This document shows, piece after piece, positions 30,118-38,831 of a stretch of DNA of 64,000 nt. The stretch covers positions 139,363-203,362 of IMG/VR virus record IMGVR_UViG_3300043432_000485; one strand, 5' to 3'. The notes below the pieces were generated by a model. That model did no database searches. It saw only the letters and a program-made list of their open reading frames with translations, and was not told where the DNA came from. The translations under genes and the position numbers were made by a program. The DNA is from a virus (taxonomy: Duplodnaviria; Caudoviricetes). The first letter of the stretch is position 1. Every line of letters starts with the position of its first letter.

Positions 30118-30875
30118 CAGTCCCAAGACCCCAATTCTATTGACTTACTGCCATCAAATGGCACCAGAATCTTGCGCGTGCGCAAGCCATTGGTGCCCCA
30201 ACGACGTTTGGCCACTTTGTCGGCGTCTTTGATCAGCTTGGCCTCCACTGCTGAAGGAATCTTGCAGCTGAACTTCTCCTCGATCCAACGCAGCTGCTTG
30301 GCAACCGCGTCTTTGATGGTGTCCTCGTTCTTAGCGAAATGAACCAGCTTCTCCATCAAGTCTGGGCTCGGGTCGCTAAAGTCCTGTCGAAGGGGGTGCC
30401 AATCAGGGTCGATCACAATGCCTTCCGGCTTACCATTCATGGCTGGGCGGTATATGTTCTTGTAAAACTGCGGAAGGATTGAGAAAGACCACAGATTGAT
30501 GCCACCCAAAAGAGTGACATTGATGGCACAATTCTTGCCGGGGGACCACCATGCGTGCTTCTTGGGGAACTTCTCCAGCTCCCGATTCAACACGTCTTCA
30601 GGGCGGAAAGGGACCTGACCGCTATCCGGGTCCCGACGATCGTAGCTGGACTCACTAGAGTGCTCGATCAAGAAGTCGAACGCACGGTTCACATCTTGCA
30701 TCTTCTCGGTAGAACCACCCTTATCCGGGTGTGCATCCCGAGCGGCGGCGCGCTGCGCGGCCTTCAATTCAGCCGGAGTCGGGTTGTCGGTGGGCTTGAA
30801 GCCCAGCAACCCAAGAGCCTGAGACCTGGTCATGTCCAGGATGCGGGCCTCTCTGAAGTCGTAGTGGTTCATCAT
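30117..30875 (-). CDS. J-domain (DnaJ class C) co-chaperone
   Basis: ALGLLG...ELKAAQRAAARDAHPDKGGSTEKMQDVNRAFDFL with intact HPD; C-terminal domain unrecognised. Confidence 0.85.
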   Translation of the reverse strand: MMNHYDFREARILDMTRSQALGLLGFKPTDNPTPAELKAAQRAAARDAHPDKGGSTEKMQDVNRAFDFLIEHSSESSYDRRDPDSGQVPFRPEDVLNRELEKFPKKHAWWSPGKNCAINVTLLGGINLWSFSILPQFYKNIYRPAMNGKPEGIVIDPDWHPLRQDFSDPSPDLMEKLVHFAKNEDTIKDAVAKQLRWIEEKFSCKIPSAVEAKLIKDADKVAKRRWGTNGLRTRKILVPFDGSKSIELGSWD

Positions 30876-30922
30876 TAGGCACGGAATAACAAAGCATCAC
30901 CACAACGGTGTAGAGGACTTAC

Positions 30923-31777
30923 ATGGAACTCAACGTGCGCATTGAAAAAGCTCTGCCGGCTCTGGTCCCCGGGGCGATCAGCTTTGAAACCGGAGCGCGG
31001 TGCGCTGACCTCGATGCCCCAGACGTCTTCGCTTACGAGCACCATGGGGAAGAGTTCAGCCCGTCCGATCGCGGGGCCTTGCCTTGCTTCTTCGAGGACC
31101 TCCTCCTGGGCCGGCCGCTTCCGCTCACGTTCGCGACTCACAGCATCCAGGACATCGACACTCTGGTGGCCATTGCTGTCTTCCTACACCGAGATCTGGC
31201 CACCCATCCAGCCACACCCGAGCTGGTATACACTGCAGACTTCGTACACCGCCTAGGGCTTCCTGCCTTGGCGCACATAGCGGAGGACAAGGCTCGGTTC
31301 CTGAGCGCTCTGAGGGGCTATTTCCCTGAGAAGGGACTGTCGCAACGCGAGCTGAGTGAACGCGTGGTAACTGCGGTTGGATGGGTCCGAGAATACCTCC
31401 AAGAGGGCCGGATTCCCGTGCTGGGTCCGGTACCACAGGCTGACATCAGGGTGCTGGATCATGGCACCTCGGGGTTCGTGGTGGCTGAAACGCCGGGCAA
31501 CCTTTTGGACAGCTGGGTGGAACTCTTCCGGCTCGGGTTCTTGCGCGGCGTGCTGTTCGGGCACAGGGCCGGGGATCGCAAGGCTGTGTTGGTGGCGAGA
31601 AAGAGCCATTTTGTGGCGCTGGATTTGCCAGCCGCTGCGCGAGCGCTCAATCAACTGGAGGTCACCATGGGCGAGACGCCAGAATGGACCGTATCAAGGG
31701 ACGGGCTCTGGCTAGAGCACCAAGCAGGTACCTTGCTGCTGCTGTCACAAGTCCTCGCGGTTCTGGTGCGAGCGTAG
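30923..31777 (+). CDS. Hypothetical protein, possibly a divergent DHH-like phosphoesterase
   Basis: One of two plus-strand genes; SD GAGGA; motifs YEHHG and THSIQDIDT loosely recall DHH-fold metal ligands. Confidence 0.5.
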   Translation: MELNVRIEKALPALVPGAISFETGARCADLDAPDVFAYEHHGEEFSPSDRGALPCFFEDLLLGRPLPLTFATHSIQDIDTLVAIAVFLHRDLATHPATPELVYTADFVHRLGLPALAHIAEDKARFLSALRGYFPEKGLSQRELSERVVTAVGWVREYLQEGRIPVLGPVPQADIRVLDHGTSGFVVAETPGNLLDSWVELFRLGFLRGVLFGHRAGDRKAVLVARKSHFVALDLPAAARALNQLEVTMGETPEWTVSRDGLWLEHQAGTLLLLSQVLAVLVRA

Positions 31778-32120
31778 ACTCGATCCTTCGCAACAACGCT
31801 ACGTGGTCCCCGCTGAAATCGCAGCCGGACAGCACCGAATTCTCGATTGCTTTCCGGACTTCACGGGCCGCATGAGGAGCCACCTCTGGGTCGTGCTTCA
31901 GGATGTAGCGCTGAGCCATGGGACCCTCGATCCAAACCATGCAAAGGTCATGGAATAGCTCAAGTTCGTCCTCGCTGAGGGGCATGCGCTCGACCTCCGA
32001 GAAATCGCAGGCTGCGATCTCAATTAGGAGTTTGCGCAAGGACTTTAGCGGGTGAGCCCACCACGATTCGGCCAAGGACATGTGGCAGCAACTGGGCCAC
32101 ATGTGGGATTGGAGGCTCAT
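31662..32120 (-). CDS. Hypothetical protein (152 aa)
   Basis: Fills an otherwise empty minus-strand gap; convergent ~116-nt overlap with the plus-strand gene makes the call less certain. Confidence 0.45.
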   Translation of the reverse strand: MSLQSHMWPSCCHMSLAESWWAHPLKSLRKLLIEIAACDFSEVERMPLSEDELELFHDLCMVWIEGPMAQRYILKHDPEVAPHAAREVRKAIENSVLSGCDFSGDHVALLRRIESTLAPEPRGLVTAAARYLLGALARARPLIRSILASRPW

Positions 32121-32185
32121 CCTGTTACTCTACCTAACCCGGGGTGGAAAGTCTAGTCACCATACACCGGGCAATGAAACCACGA

Positions 32186-32239
32186 GCGTTATCAATACAC
32201 AATGTTGACCCTGGTGGCAACTTAACGTATTGATAACGC
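32186..32239. repeat. 13-bp perfect inverted repeat (GCGTTATCAATAC / GTATTGATAACGC) with 28-nt spacer
   Basis: Arms at 32186-32198 and 32227-32239; the spacer contains an inner GTTG...CAAC pair. Confidence 0.85.
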
Positions 32240-32242
32240 CTT

Positions 32243-32962
32243 TCAATGGAATAACTCAGCGTCCGTGTGATGTAGGATCCAAACGGCATTATCTGACATC
32301 CCGCTCATATTTGGATCCCATTTTTGGCATCCACGTTGAGGCTTATGCAACTTCCTCAGCTGATTTCGGTAAATGCCCATAACTGTTGTAATATCTATGA
32401 TCGTTTGGGCCTGATCTCGACGTTGATCCATATCGATGACCCCGGATAGGCGCTCAAGTCTAGCCTCATCGGCTATCCGTTTTTGTGCCGCCCTGAGGTC
32501 ATCTCGCTCTGCACAGAGATGCCACCAAATAGCCTCAACTTGTGCGCCCGTGTCTCTGATGGCAGCCGCATTCTTCTCTCGAACACGTTCAGCCTCGGCT
32601 TCCTTGACATCACGAATCCGCTGGGCCTCGTCCTTTCTAGCCTGCACCTCAGCCGCCTCTTTGGCAGCGCGCGCTTCTTTCTCAGCCTCCCTCCGGACCT
32701 CTTCCAGTATCCGTCGTGTCTGCTGCTCTTGCTCCCTACGGGTCTCTTCTTTCGCCAAGAAACTCTCTTTCTCGGCCCTTGTTTGCTTCAAGGCTGATAT
32801 CTGCTGAGCGCAGGACTTCAAACTGGTGTCTTGATCTTGGCACGCCTGATAGTCCAATACCGCGGCACGGGCGCGATCATAACATTCTTGCGCAGTATTG
32901 CATTCCGCGTACGCGGATTTGGGTACCAGTAAGAGCACAGTCGCAATCACAAAGCTACGCAT
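32243..32962 (-). CDS. Putative exported coiled-coil protein (239 aa)
   Basis: Probable start ATG 32962 overlapping the endonuclease TAG; signal-peptide-like MRSFVIATVLLLVPKSAYA; Cys residues in the mature N-terminus; long E/K/R/A helix. Confidence 0.6.
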   Translation of the reverse strand: MRSFVIATVLLLVPKSAYAECNTAQECYDRARAAVLDYQACQDQDTSLKSCAQQISALKQTRAEKESFLAKEETRREQEQQTRRILEEVRREAEKEARAAKEAAEVQARKDEAQRIRDVKEAEAERVREKNAAAIRDTGAQVEAIWWHLCAERDDLRAAQKRIADEARLERLSGVIDMDQRRDQAQTIIDITTVMGIYRNQLRKLHKPQRGCQKWDPNMSGMSDNAVWILHHTDAELFH

Positions 32963-34391
32963 AAATACCCAGTTGTTCTGCCAGCCTACGAATATAGGGC
33001 ACATCCGTGTAGGGCTCATCCTCTCGAAGTACCAGGTAGCGTAGCACTGGATCAGCAAGAATCATGTTCTCCTTGATGCGATCCCGCTCTTGCAGCTCAC
33101 AATACAGTTTTTCATCCCTAATGTAAAACGACGGGAAGACATAGTGCTGATGACCGTGGAATTCTACGATAAGGTTGAGTTCTTGGAAATACCCGTCAAA
33201 TCGGAATCGACGTCCAGATGAGGGATTCACGAACCTCCTCGCCTCCCACTCCTGCTCATAACGTGCACCTCCAAGGGCTTTAGAGACGGCTTCCAAGCAG
33301 AGAGTCTGGCGGATCCCCCGGTTGAAGGTTGACAACCCATGGCGTTCACATTCTCGCTTGATGACCTTGTAATCCCTTCGGAGCCCAACCATCGCGCGTC
33401 CAATGACCACTTTCCCGTTCCTCAACGTATAGGGCAGAAACTCCTCTTTTTCGAGACAGATTGTCTGACGTTCCGCACGGGCATCCACATACTGAGTCGA
33501 CAACCTGAGGCCCAATGTTTTCATGTATTTGGTGACCGTCACCTCATCAAATCCAGTCTCGTCCGCCATCGTCTTACGGTCCACAGCCCCGGTTTCATCC
33601 AAATACGGAGTGAAATCAATCCCGGTCAAATCGGCCCTGAGGCCGTTAGACCAAGGCCTCCGCTCTCCAGTGAGTTTGGACAGTTTGTCCGCTGTGCTTT
33701 GCAGGCTAGGGTGCTGAGCCTTGGTAAGGCCCTTAGACCATGGGGTGCGCCCCATCATGCCTTCCGATATCTTGGCCATGCTGGGATGAGTGGATTTAGT
33801 GAGCCCTTTGTTCCAACGTCCCGCGTTCCGGGACATCAAAGCCTTTGTCTCGGGGGTATGATGAGTGCCCAGTAGGGCAGCCTTATCCCGTACGGCTGAA
33901 TTCAAAGCCACCATCTGCCCACGATAATTCCCGATCAGGTCAGGATGGGCATTCTGTACGTGACTTGTGAGGTTCTCAGCGCGGTAACGACATTCGGAGC
34001 AATAGACGAAATCCAGGCCTTCCTCTTTACCCTCCCATCGTTGGGATTCCTCAATAACATCCGCCGCATTCCGGCAAGCCTCGCATCTTGCGTCATGTGT
34101 TGATGCCGCAAAGCTCCAACCAACCTCCCGGAGCACCCCGCACCCGGGACACGTGATCGTTTTGGTCTTGCCCTTGTTAGTGGGCCTCTCTTTAGCCGCC
34201 TGCTTACGTTTCTCGGTAAGCAGAGTGCAGCGAATCAGAGCGCTCGGGTACTGTTCCCGGTACTGGTCAGCATTGATCTTATGCTTACCAAGCAAATGGC
34301 GGGCCAAAGTGGTGGTTTGGTAACCGCATACCTTGCACGTCACGAAATCCTCAGGCTCAGACTTTACTTTCCATTCAAGTGAGTACGCCAT
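32955..34391 (-). CDS. Multi-domain homing-endonuclease-like protein (Zn fingers, NUMOD3-like repeats, C-terminal Vsr/DUF559-like PD-(D/E)XK nuclease)
   Basis: CKVC..HLLGKH and CSEC..HVQNAH fingers; HTPETKALMS; WNKGLTK/WSKGLTK repeats; RFRFDGYFQELNLIVEFHGHQH. Confidence 0.8.
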   Translation of the reverse strand: MAYSLEWKVKSEPEDFVTCKVCGYQTTTLARHLLGKHKINADQYREQYPSALIRCTLLTEKRKQAAKERPTNKGKTKTITCPGCGVLREVGWSFAASTHDARCEACRNAADVIEESQRWEGKEEGLDFVYCSECRYRAENLTSHVQNAHPDLIGNYRGQMVALNSAVRDKAALLGTHHTPETKALMSRNAGRWNKGLTKSTHPSMAKISEGMMGRTPWSKGLTKAQHPSLQSTADKLSKLTGERRPWSNGLRADLTGIDFTPYLDETGAVDRKTMADETGFDEVTVTKYMKTLGLRLSTQYVDARAERQTICLEKEEFLPYTLRNGKVVIGRAMVGLRRDYKVIKRECERHGLSTFNRGIRQTLCLEAVSKALGGARYEQEWEARRFVNPSSGRRFRFDGYFQELNLIVEFHGHQHYVFPSFYIRDEKLYCELQERDRIKENMILADPVLRYLVLREDEPYTDVPYIRRLAEQLGIYA

Positions 34392-34428
34392 CGGAACAGA
34401 CTGTAATGCCTGTATCCGATGGCGTCAA
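34385..34428 (-). promoter_or_regulatory. Sigma70-type promoter embedded in a hairpin that covers the endonuclease start codon
   Basis: TTGACG (34428-34423), 17 nt, TACAGT (34405-34400). Perfect 11-bp inverted repeat 34385-34395/34415-34425 plus a 4-bp inner stem; ATG 34391-34389 lies in the 3' arm. Confidence 0.7.
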
Positions 34429-34463
34429 GTGACTACTCACTTATATTTCTGTTACAGTGGCCC

Positions 34464-37400
34464 CTAGACCCTTGCTCTTAAATTAAATGTCAAGAGCAGA
34501 AATTCCAATGGAAAGATGGGGCTGTAGAACATTTCGAACCGCAGTACCGTGGGGTCCTGCTCGTCGATGGAGGCGGTCATGCCCTGGAAGGCGCCGACGA
34601 TCTCGGCCTGAACCAGCGAGCGGAACAAGCCCGTCATGCTGACCACAACCTCGTTTGTGCGGCTCGCGAGGAACTTGGTTCCCACGAAGCTGTCCAAGAT
34701 GGCACGGCTCTGTTGCTGCACGTGGTCCGCGATCTGGGTGACCGTGGGCAAGCGCGTCAGCACATTCGTCATGTTCGTGGTCAGACCGTGGCGGATGCGG
34801 ATGATGGGATCCAGATCTTCGAGGATCGTGATACCGGCAACCGCAGTCTGGTTCGCCTCCACCGGGTCCATACGACGGGGGATTCTGGTGAAGCCCTGAA
34901 TCCGGCGGCGCGTGTACGGGGTAGCGACGTCAACCGCGGGGCTGACCACCGCGCCAGCAACCGCAGCAGCGAAGAAGCTGCCATCGATGATGGCTTCAAA
35001 ATTCTGACCAAGCTCATCCGTGAGGGTGACGATGGCCGAATCCGGGTAGTAGGCAACCATGCGGCTGGAGTTCAACCCGCGTGCCACCGTTTGAGCGGTG
35101 GTCGGGCTCGTGCCGGACGCGAAGCCGATGAAGCCCATGCGCTCCGCCTGATTGCGGATGTTGCTCTGGGTCTCACAGTGCGACGTCAAGTGCGAGTACA
35201 CCGAAGTGCTGGTGGCCAGCGGGACGATGATGTCCGGCTTGATGTTGCCCGGCAGAGGAACCGCTAGCTCGTCGATAGCCGCGTTGAACGACTGATCCGA
35301 AGCCTGGTTCGTGTTGGGAACCTTCAGAACCTGCTTGATGATGATCAAGACAGCTCCGTTCAGGATCGACAGGTAACCAGCCAGCGTTACCCGATTCTCA
35401 GGAGAGGTCTTGCCGAAGTTGGCTTCGATCGTCTTGAGCTGCTGGTAAACCTGAGCCGAGAAGTCCTGCTTCCGGTAGAGGTAGCTGATGAAGTAGAAGT
35501 CGCCTACCGTCGGCTCCACGCCGCTCGGGTTGTAGGTGGTCAACGTGGCGGTGTCGTTTACTCCAACGCCAACCGTGTTGGACACCAACAGTTCGAGCCC
35601 GCCGATCGAGTACCGAGGCACTGACGGGGACACGTGGAAGGTAGGTGAAACCTCCAGCGTGAAGTTACCAGCCGAGTACGAACCCGTGCTGGCCGGCAAT
35701 ACAGTGAAGCGCAGGCCGGTGCGGCTATCCGTGTAGGTCTGGCCCGGGATACCCGAACCTGAGGACCCAACCGGAGACGTGCTGGACACCGTGTAGCTGT
35801 TCTGAGCGTCTTCTCCGTTATCCCCGTCCACGCCCGTCGTAACGTTCGTTCCCGTGGTCGGGTTGAACGCCGAGTTCGCAGAGGCGACAAAGGCGATGCT
35901 ACTCGTCGCGGCACCGGTGGTCAGAGACTCGAAGGTGACATAGTCCTGTCCACCGAGCGAGTCCACATAGGCAACCGCCGTGGTCAGGAACGAAGCAGTA
36001 GACAGCAAGCTGTCGACAACCTCTTGCGCCGTAACCAAGGTCTGACTGGCGAAGTCGTTCTGGTTGAAACCAAGGACCGCATTGGCGGAACCCGAGTTGA
36101 TCAGAATGGACGAACCGGAGTCGTTGGTGGTGCTCGTCAGACGAACGTGGTTCAGGTTCACCCCTGTGCCAGCCGACGCAACCGAGCTACCAATCACCGT
36201 GTTGATGTCCGTGACAACCGTAGCGGCCGTCACTGCAGGACCAGCGGTCAAAGTCACGCTGTAGTCCACGCCATTCACGCGAACGTTGAATGCGTCATTC
36301 AGGCCAGCGGTGATGTTGAACGGACCCGCCAACGAACCCAGCATGGTGGCCGGCTTGTTGATGGACCCCGTGGTGCCATCGGCACTCTGGAAGGTCTTGA
36401 ATCCGAGCACGGTCTCGACAGTACCCTGCTCGACCGTGACGTTCGACACGTCGTCGAATCCGCCGGGTAGAGCGCCAGGCACTACCGCACCCTGGACGAT
36501 GAAGAACACGTCTCCACCAGCGATCTGCTTGAAGCTGGCGGTACCATTGACACCCAACGCCGTGTTGATGTCCGAAACGATCTGCGTAGGCGTACGAGAG
36601 CCGGACGTGATGGTGACAGGGTATGCCACGCCATCAACCAAGAGGTTCAGCACGTTGCCTGGAGAGGCGGGGATCGTGATGTTACCACCACTCAAGGTCA
36701 CGTGTCCGCTGACCAAGAAGGCAGCTGCGGCAGAGGCCAGGTTGGTGACACGGTTGGTGCCATTGACCTTCGTGGTCCACGTTGCAGAGAACGGGCTGTA
36801 GAACGAGTAAGGGGCAGCGCCCTTGATCGTGTAAGCCGCGTTCGTTGCACCAGTGGTGCCAAAGGTTACGGTCACAATCTCGGCAGCGGGGGTACCGTTA
36901 CCAGTGTGGAATGCGTCGGGGATCTGCTCCACGCCGCGGGGCCACTGAATGATCTCACTGACCGTCTTGGAGCCGAACTTGACTTCGTAGAGGTTGGCGT
37001 CACGCGTGGAGCTGAACACCGTGTACTGACCAACGCCAACGGGACCCGCCACCGTGTTGGTGATGATGTAGGTGTCGTCAGCCAAACGGCTGTAGTAGAA
37101 CGTTGCGTACGCGTTGTAGTCAGGCGGCTGGGCCGTCTTGAGAACGATGCGACGATTCACACCATCCACAACCGTGACAGGAACCGCCGGGCGGTTCAAA
37201 GCATCGCGCAGCGTGCGGCCAGTGTAAACTTTCACCAGGTCCGGGCGGTTTGTGGCCAAGTCCTGCCGGCTGTTGGCAACCGAGTTGAACGTCGACAGTC
37301 CGAGCGTGGTGCTACGGCCGTTACCAGTGGTCGGAATCTCCGGCAACAGGTAATCGGTAGGTGACACGGTGGCCGGGATGGTGCTCGTGTTCGTGACCCG

Positions 37401-38699
37401 CGTGCACAGGCCAAGGAACATCTGGTCGTCCAGGAGGGTTCCGACGATCTGACCACCGGAGCCGGTGGAACCATCGAACGGGGTGGCACCCGGGCTGGTA
37501 GAAGAGGCAGCGACCTGGAAGCTGGAGCCCCAGTTGATCACCGACACATCGTTGGTCGGATTGGCGACCACGAAGTCTGAGCCCTGGATGTAATCGTTAC
37601 GTCCCGGAGAGATGCCGCAGCGCAGAACCGTAGTGACCTGACTGTTGGGCAGGTAATCAAACGTATCCTGCCACGTGTTGGCCCAGTACTGAATCGTTAC
37701 CGTGGAGCCAGGGGCCGGAGCAAAGGGCAGCGTAACGGTACCATTGGCGCCGTCAACAGCTTCCGCAACAACCTGAGTACCATCAACCTTGGCCACAACC
37801 TTTGTGGGATCCGTGGTTGTGGTTCCGCCGCCGGTACCATCAACGATGGGGCGCTGAAACACACGGAACTGACGGGTACGCGCCGAAGCTGCGCCTGCAG
37901 TGAATCCGAGAGGTCCGTTAGCCGTTCCTTCACCGATCGTGAGGCCAAGCGTGGTGGTCAGCTGAAGGTGATCCAGATTCTGGTTGTCCGTGAATACGGA
38001 GGCCACCAGGTTAGGCACCAACGCGGCATTGATCGTGGACGCCACCGTAGCGGCAGCCAGAGAACCAGCCGGAAGAATCATTGAGGCGACTACGCCGTTC
38101 ACATTCACGATGAACTGGTCGTTGACCCCAGCAGTGATGGAGAACGGAGCGAATCCTGGGGAAACCAAGACGGCGTTCGTGGTGGTAACCTGATCCGACA
38201 CATCATCCGTGAAAGACGTGTCACCACGGTGGAAGAAATACGTGGCGCGAACAACATCGTTGGGCTGCGTCGGAACCTGTAGGGTGACAACACCCTTAGC
38301 TCCCTGAACCGAACCCAAGGACACGGCCAGGCCGTTCACAGTGACCTGCAGGCTGCGCACGTCATTGGTGGTGCGGCCGATTCCCTGACCGTCTACGATC
38401 GGGTAGTTGCGAACACGGAAGGACGTCAAGGTCCCGTCCTGAGTTCCCAGGATGAGGTTGTTGGGGTTGGCCGAGTTGACCACCCAGCTGGCGGATACAT
38501 CCTCGTTGACGATCTGCTGATCGACAGTAGCCGAAGAACCGCGCACGATCTCGAAATCGGACTGCTCCAGCTCCTCTTGGCCGACGCCAATCAAAGCGGG
38601 GATTCGAAGACCCGCCACCAAGTTGGAGGCATTGGTATCCGTAAGCGTCCTAGTGTATACCCCAGGAGGAGAATATGAGAGAAAAGGCCCCAAACTCAT
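34464..38699 (-). CDS. Contractile tail sheath protein (1411 aa) with multiple inserted beta-domains
   Basis: N-terminal PPGVYTRT; C-terminal sheath core (IRIRHGLTT...IADHVQQQSR...DPTVLRFEMFYSPIFPLEFLLLTF). Confidence 0.92.
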   Translation of the reverse strand: MSLGPFLSYSPPGVYTRTLTDTNASNLVAGLRIPALIGVGQEELEQSDFEIVRGSSATVDQQIVNEDVSASWVVNSANPNNLILGTQDGTLTSFRVRNYPIVDGQGIGRTTNDVRSLQVTVNGLAVSLGSVQGAKGVVTLQVPTQPNDVVRATYFFHRGDTSFTDDVSDQVTTTNAVLVSPGFAPFSITAGVNDQFIVNVNGVVASMILPAGSLAAATVASTINAALVPNLVASVFTDNQNLDHLQLTTTLGLTIGEGTANGPLGFTAGAASARTRQFRVFQRPIVDGTGGGTTTTDPTKVVAKVDGTQVVAEAVDGANGTVTLPFAPAPGSTVTIQYWANTWQDTFDYLPNSQVTTVLRCGISPGRNDYIQGSDFVVANPTNDVSVINWGSSFQVAASSTSPGATPFDGSTGSGGQIVGTLLDDQMFLGLCTRVTNTSTIPATVSPTDYLLPEIPTTGNGRSTTLGLSTFNSVANSRQDLATNRPDLVKVYTGRTLRDALNRPAVPVTVVDGVNRRIVLKTAQPPDYNAYATFYYSRLADDTYIITNTVAGPVGVGQYTVFSSTRDANLYEVKFGSKTVSEIIQWPRGVEQIPDAFHTGNGTPAAEIVTVTFGTTGATNAAYTIKGAAPYSFYSPFSATWTTKVNGTNRVTNLASAAAAFLVSGHVTLSGGNITIPASPGNVLNLLVDGVAYPVTITSGSRTPTQIVSDINTALGVNGTASFKQIAGGDVFFIVQGAVVPGALPGGFDDVSNVTVEQGTVETVLGFKTFQSADGTTGSINKPATMLGSLAGPFNITAGLNDAFNVRVNGVDYSVTLTAGPAVTAATVVTDINTVIGSSVASAGTGVNLNHVRLTSTTNDSGSSILINSGSANAVLGFNQNDFASQTLVTAQEVVDSLLSTASFLTTAVAYVDSLGGQDYVTFESLTTGAATSSIAFVASANSAFNPTTGTNVTTGVDGDNGEDAQNSYTVSSTSPVGSSGSGIPGQTYTDSRTGLRFTVLPASTGSYSAGNFTLEVSPTFHVSPSVPRYSIGGLELLVSNTVGVGVNDTATLTTYNPSGVEPTVGDFYFISYLYRKQDFSAQVYQQLKTIEANFGKTSPENRVTLAGYLSILNGAVLIIIKQVLKVPNTNQASDQSFNAAIDELAVPLPGNIKPDIIVPLATSTSVYSHLTSHCETQSNIRNQAERMGFIGFASGTSPTTAQTVARGLNSSRMVAYYPDSAIVTLTDELGQNFEAIIDGSFFAAAVAGAVVSPAVDVATPYTRRRIQGFTRIPRRMDPVEANQTAVAGITILEDLDPIIRIRHGLTTNMTNVLTRLPTVTQIADHVQQQSRAILDSFVGTKFLASRTNEVVVSMTGLFRSLVQAEIVGAFQGMTASIDEQDPTVLRFEMFYSPIFPLEFLLLTFNLRARV

Positions 38700-38728
38700 G
38701 TGGTGACTCCTAAAAACAGAAAGACTTT

Positions 38729-38828
38729 ACATCTGATTAGTACAAGGAAGTTAGGCGTTCTTATCCAGGTCTACATCTGAGGTTCCACCTATGAGGAAAA
38801 CAAAAGGAAAACCTGAAACTGCCGTCTA
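38729..38828 (-). repeat. (C/T)AGA(C/T) repeat cluster in the sheath 5' leader (element B)
   Basis: Copies at 38731, 38769, 38775, 38824; the 9-mer TCAGATGTA occurs twice. Confidence 0.55.
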
Positions 38829-38831
38829 CGA

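Noticed and set aside
32963-33058. Longer N-termini in the ORF track (also 45760-45864, 50437-50595, 51599-51667, 42842-42868, 58899-58952)
   Set aside because: Most overlap upstream genes or leader sequence; downstream ATGs with an SD or stop-start coupling are better supported.
8417-38699. Bacterial eCIS/T6SS/tailocin locus rather than a phage
   Set aside because: Neck/adaptor-like and head-decoration genes, many homing endonucleases and the absence of T6SS membrane components or host genes favour a phage genome.
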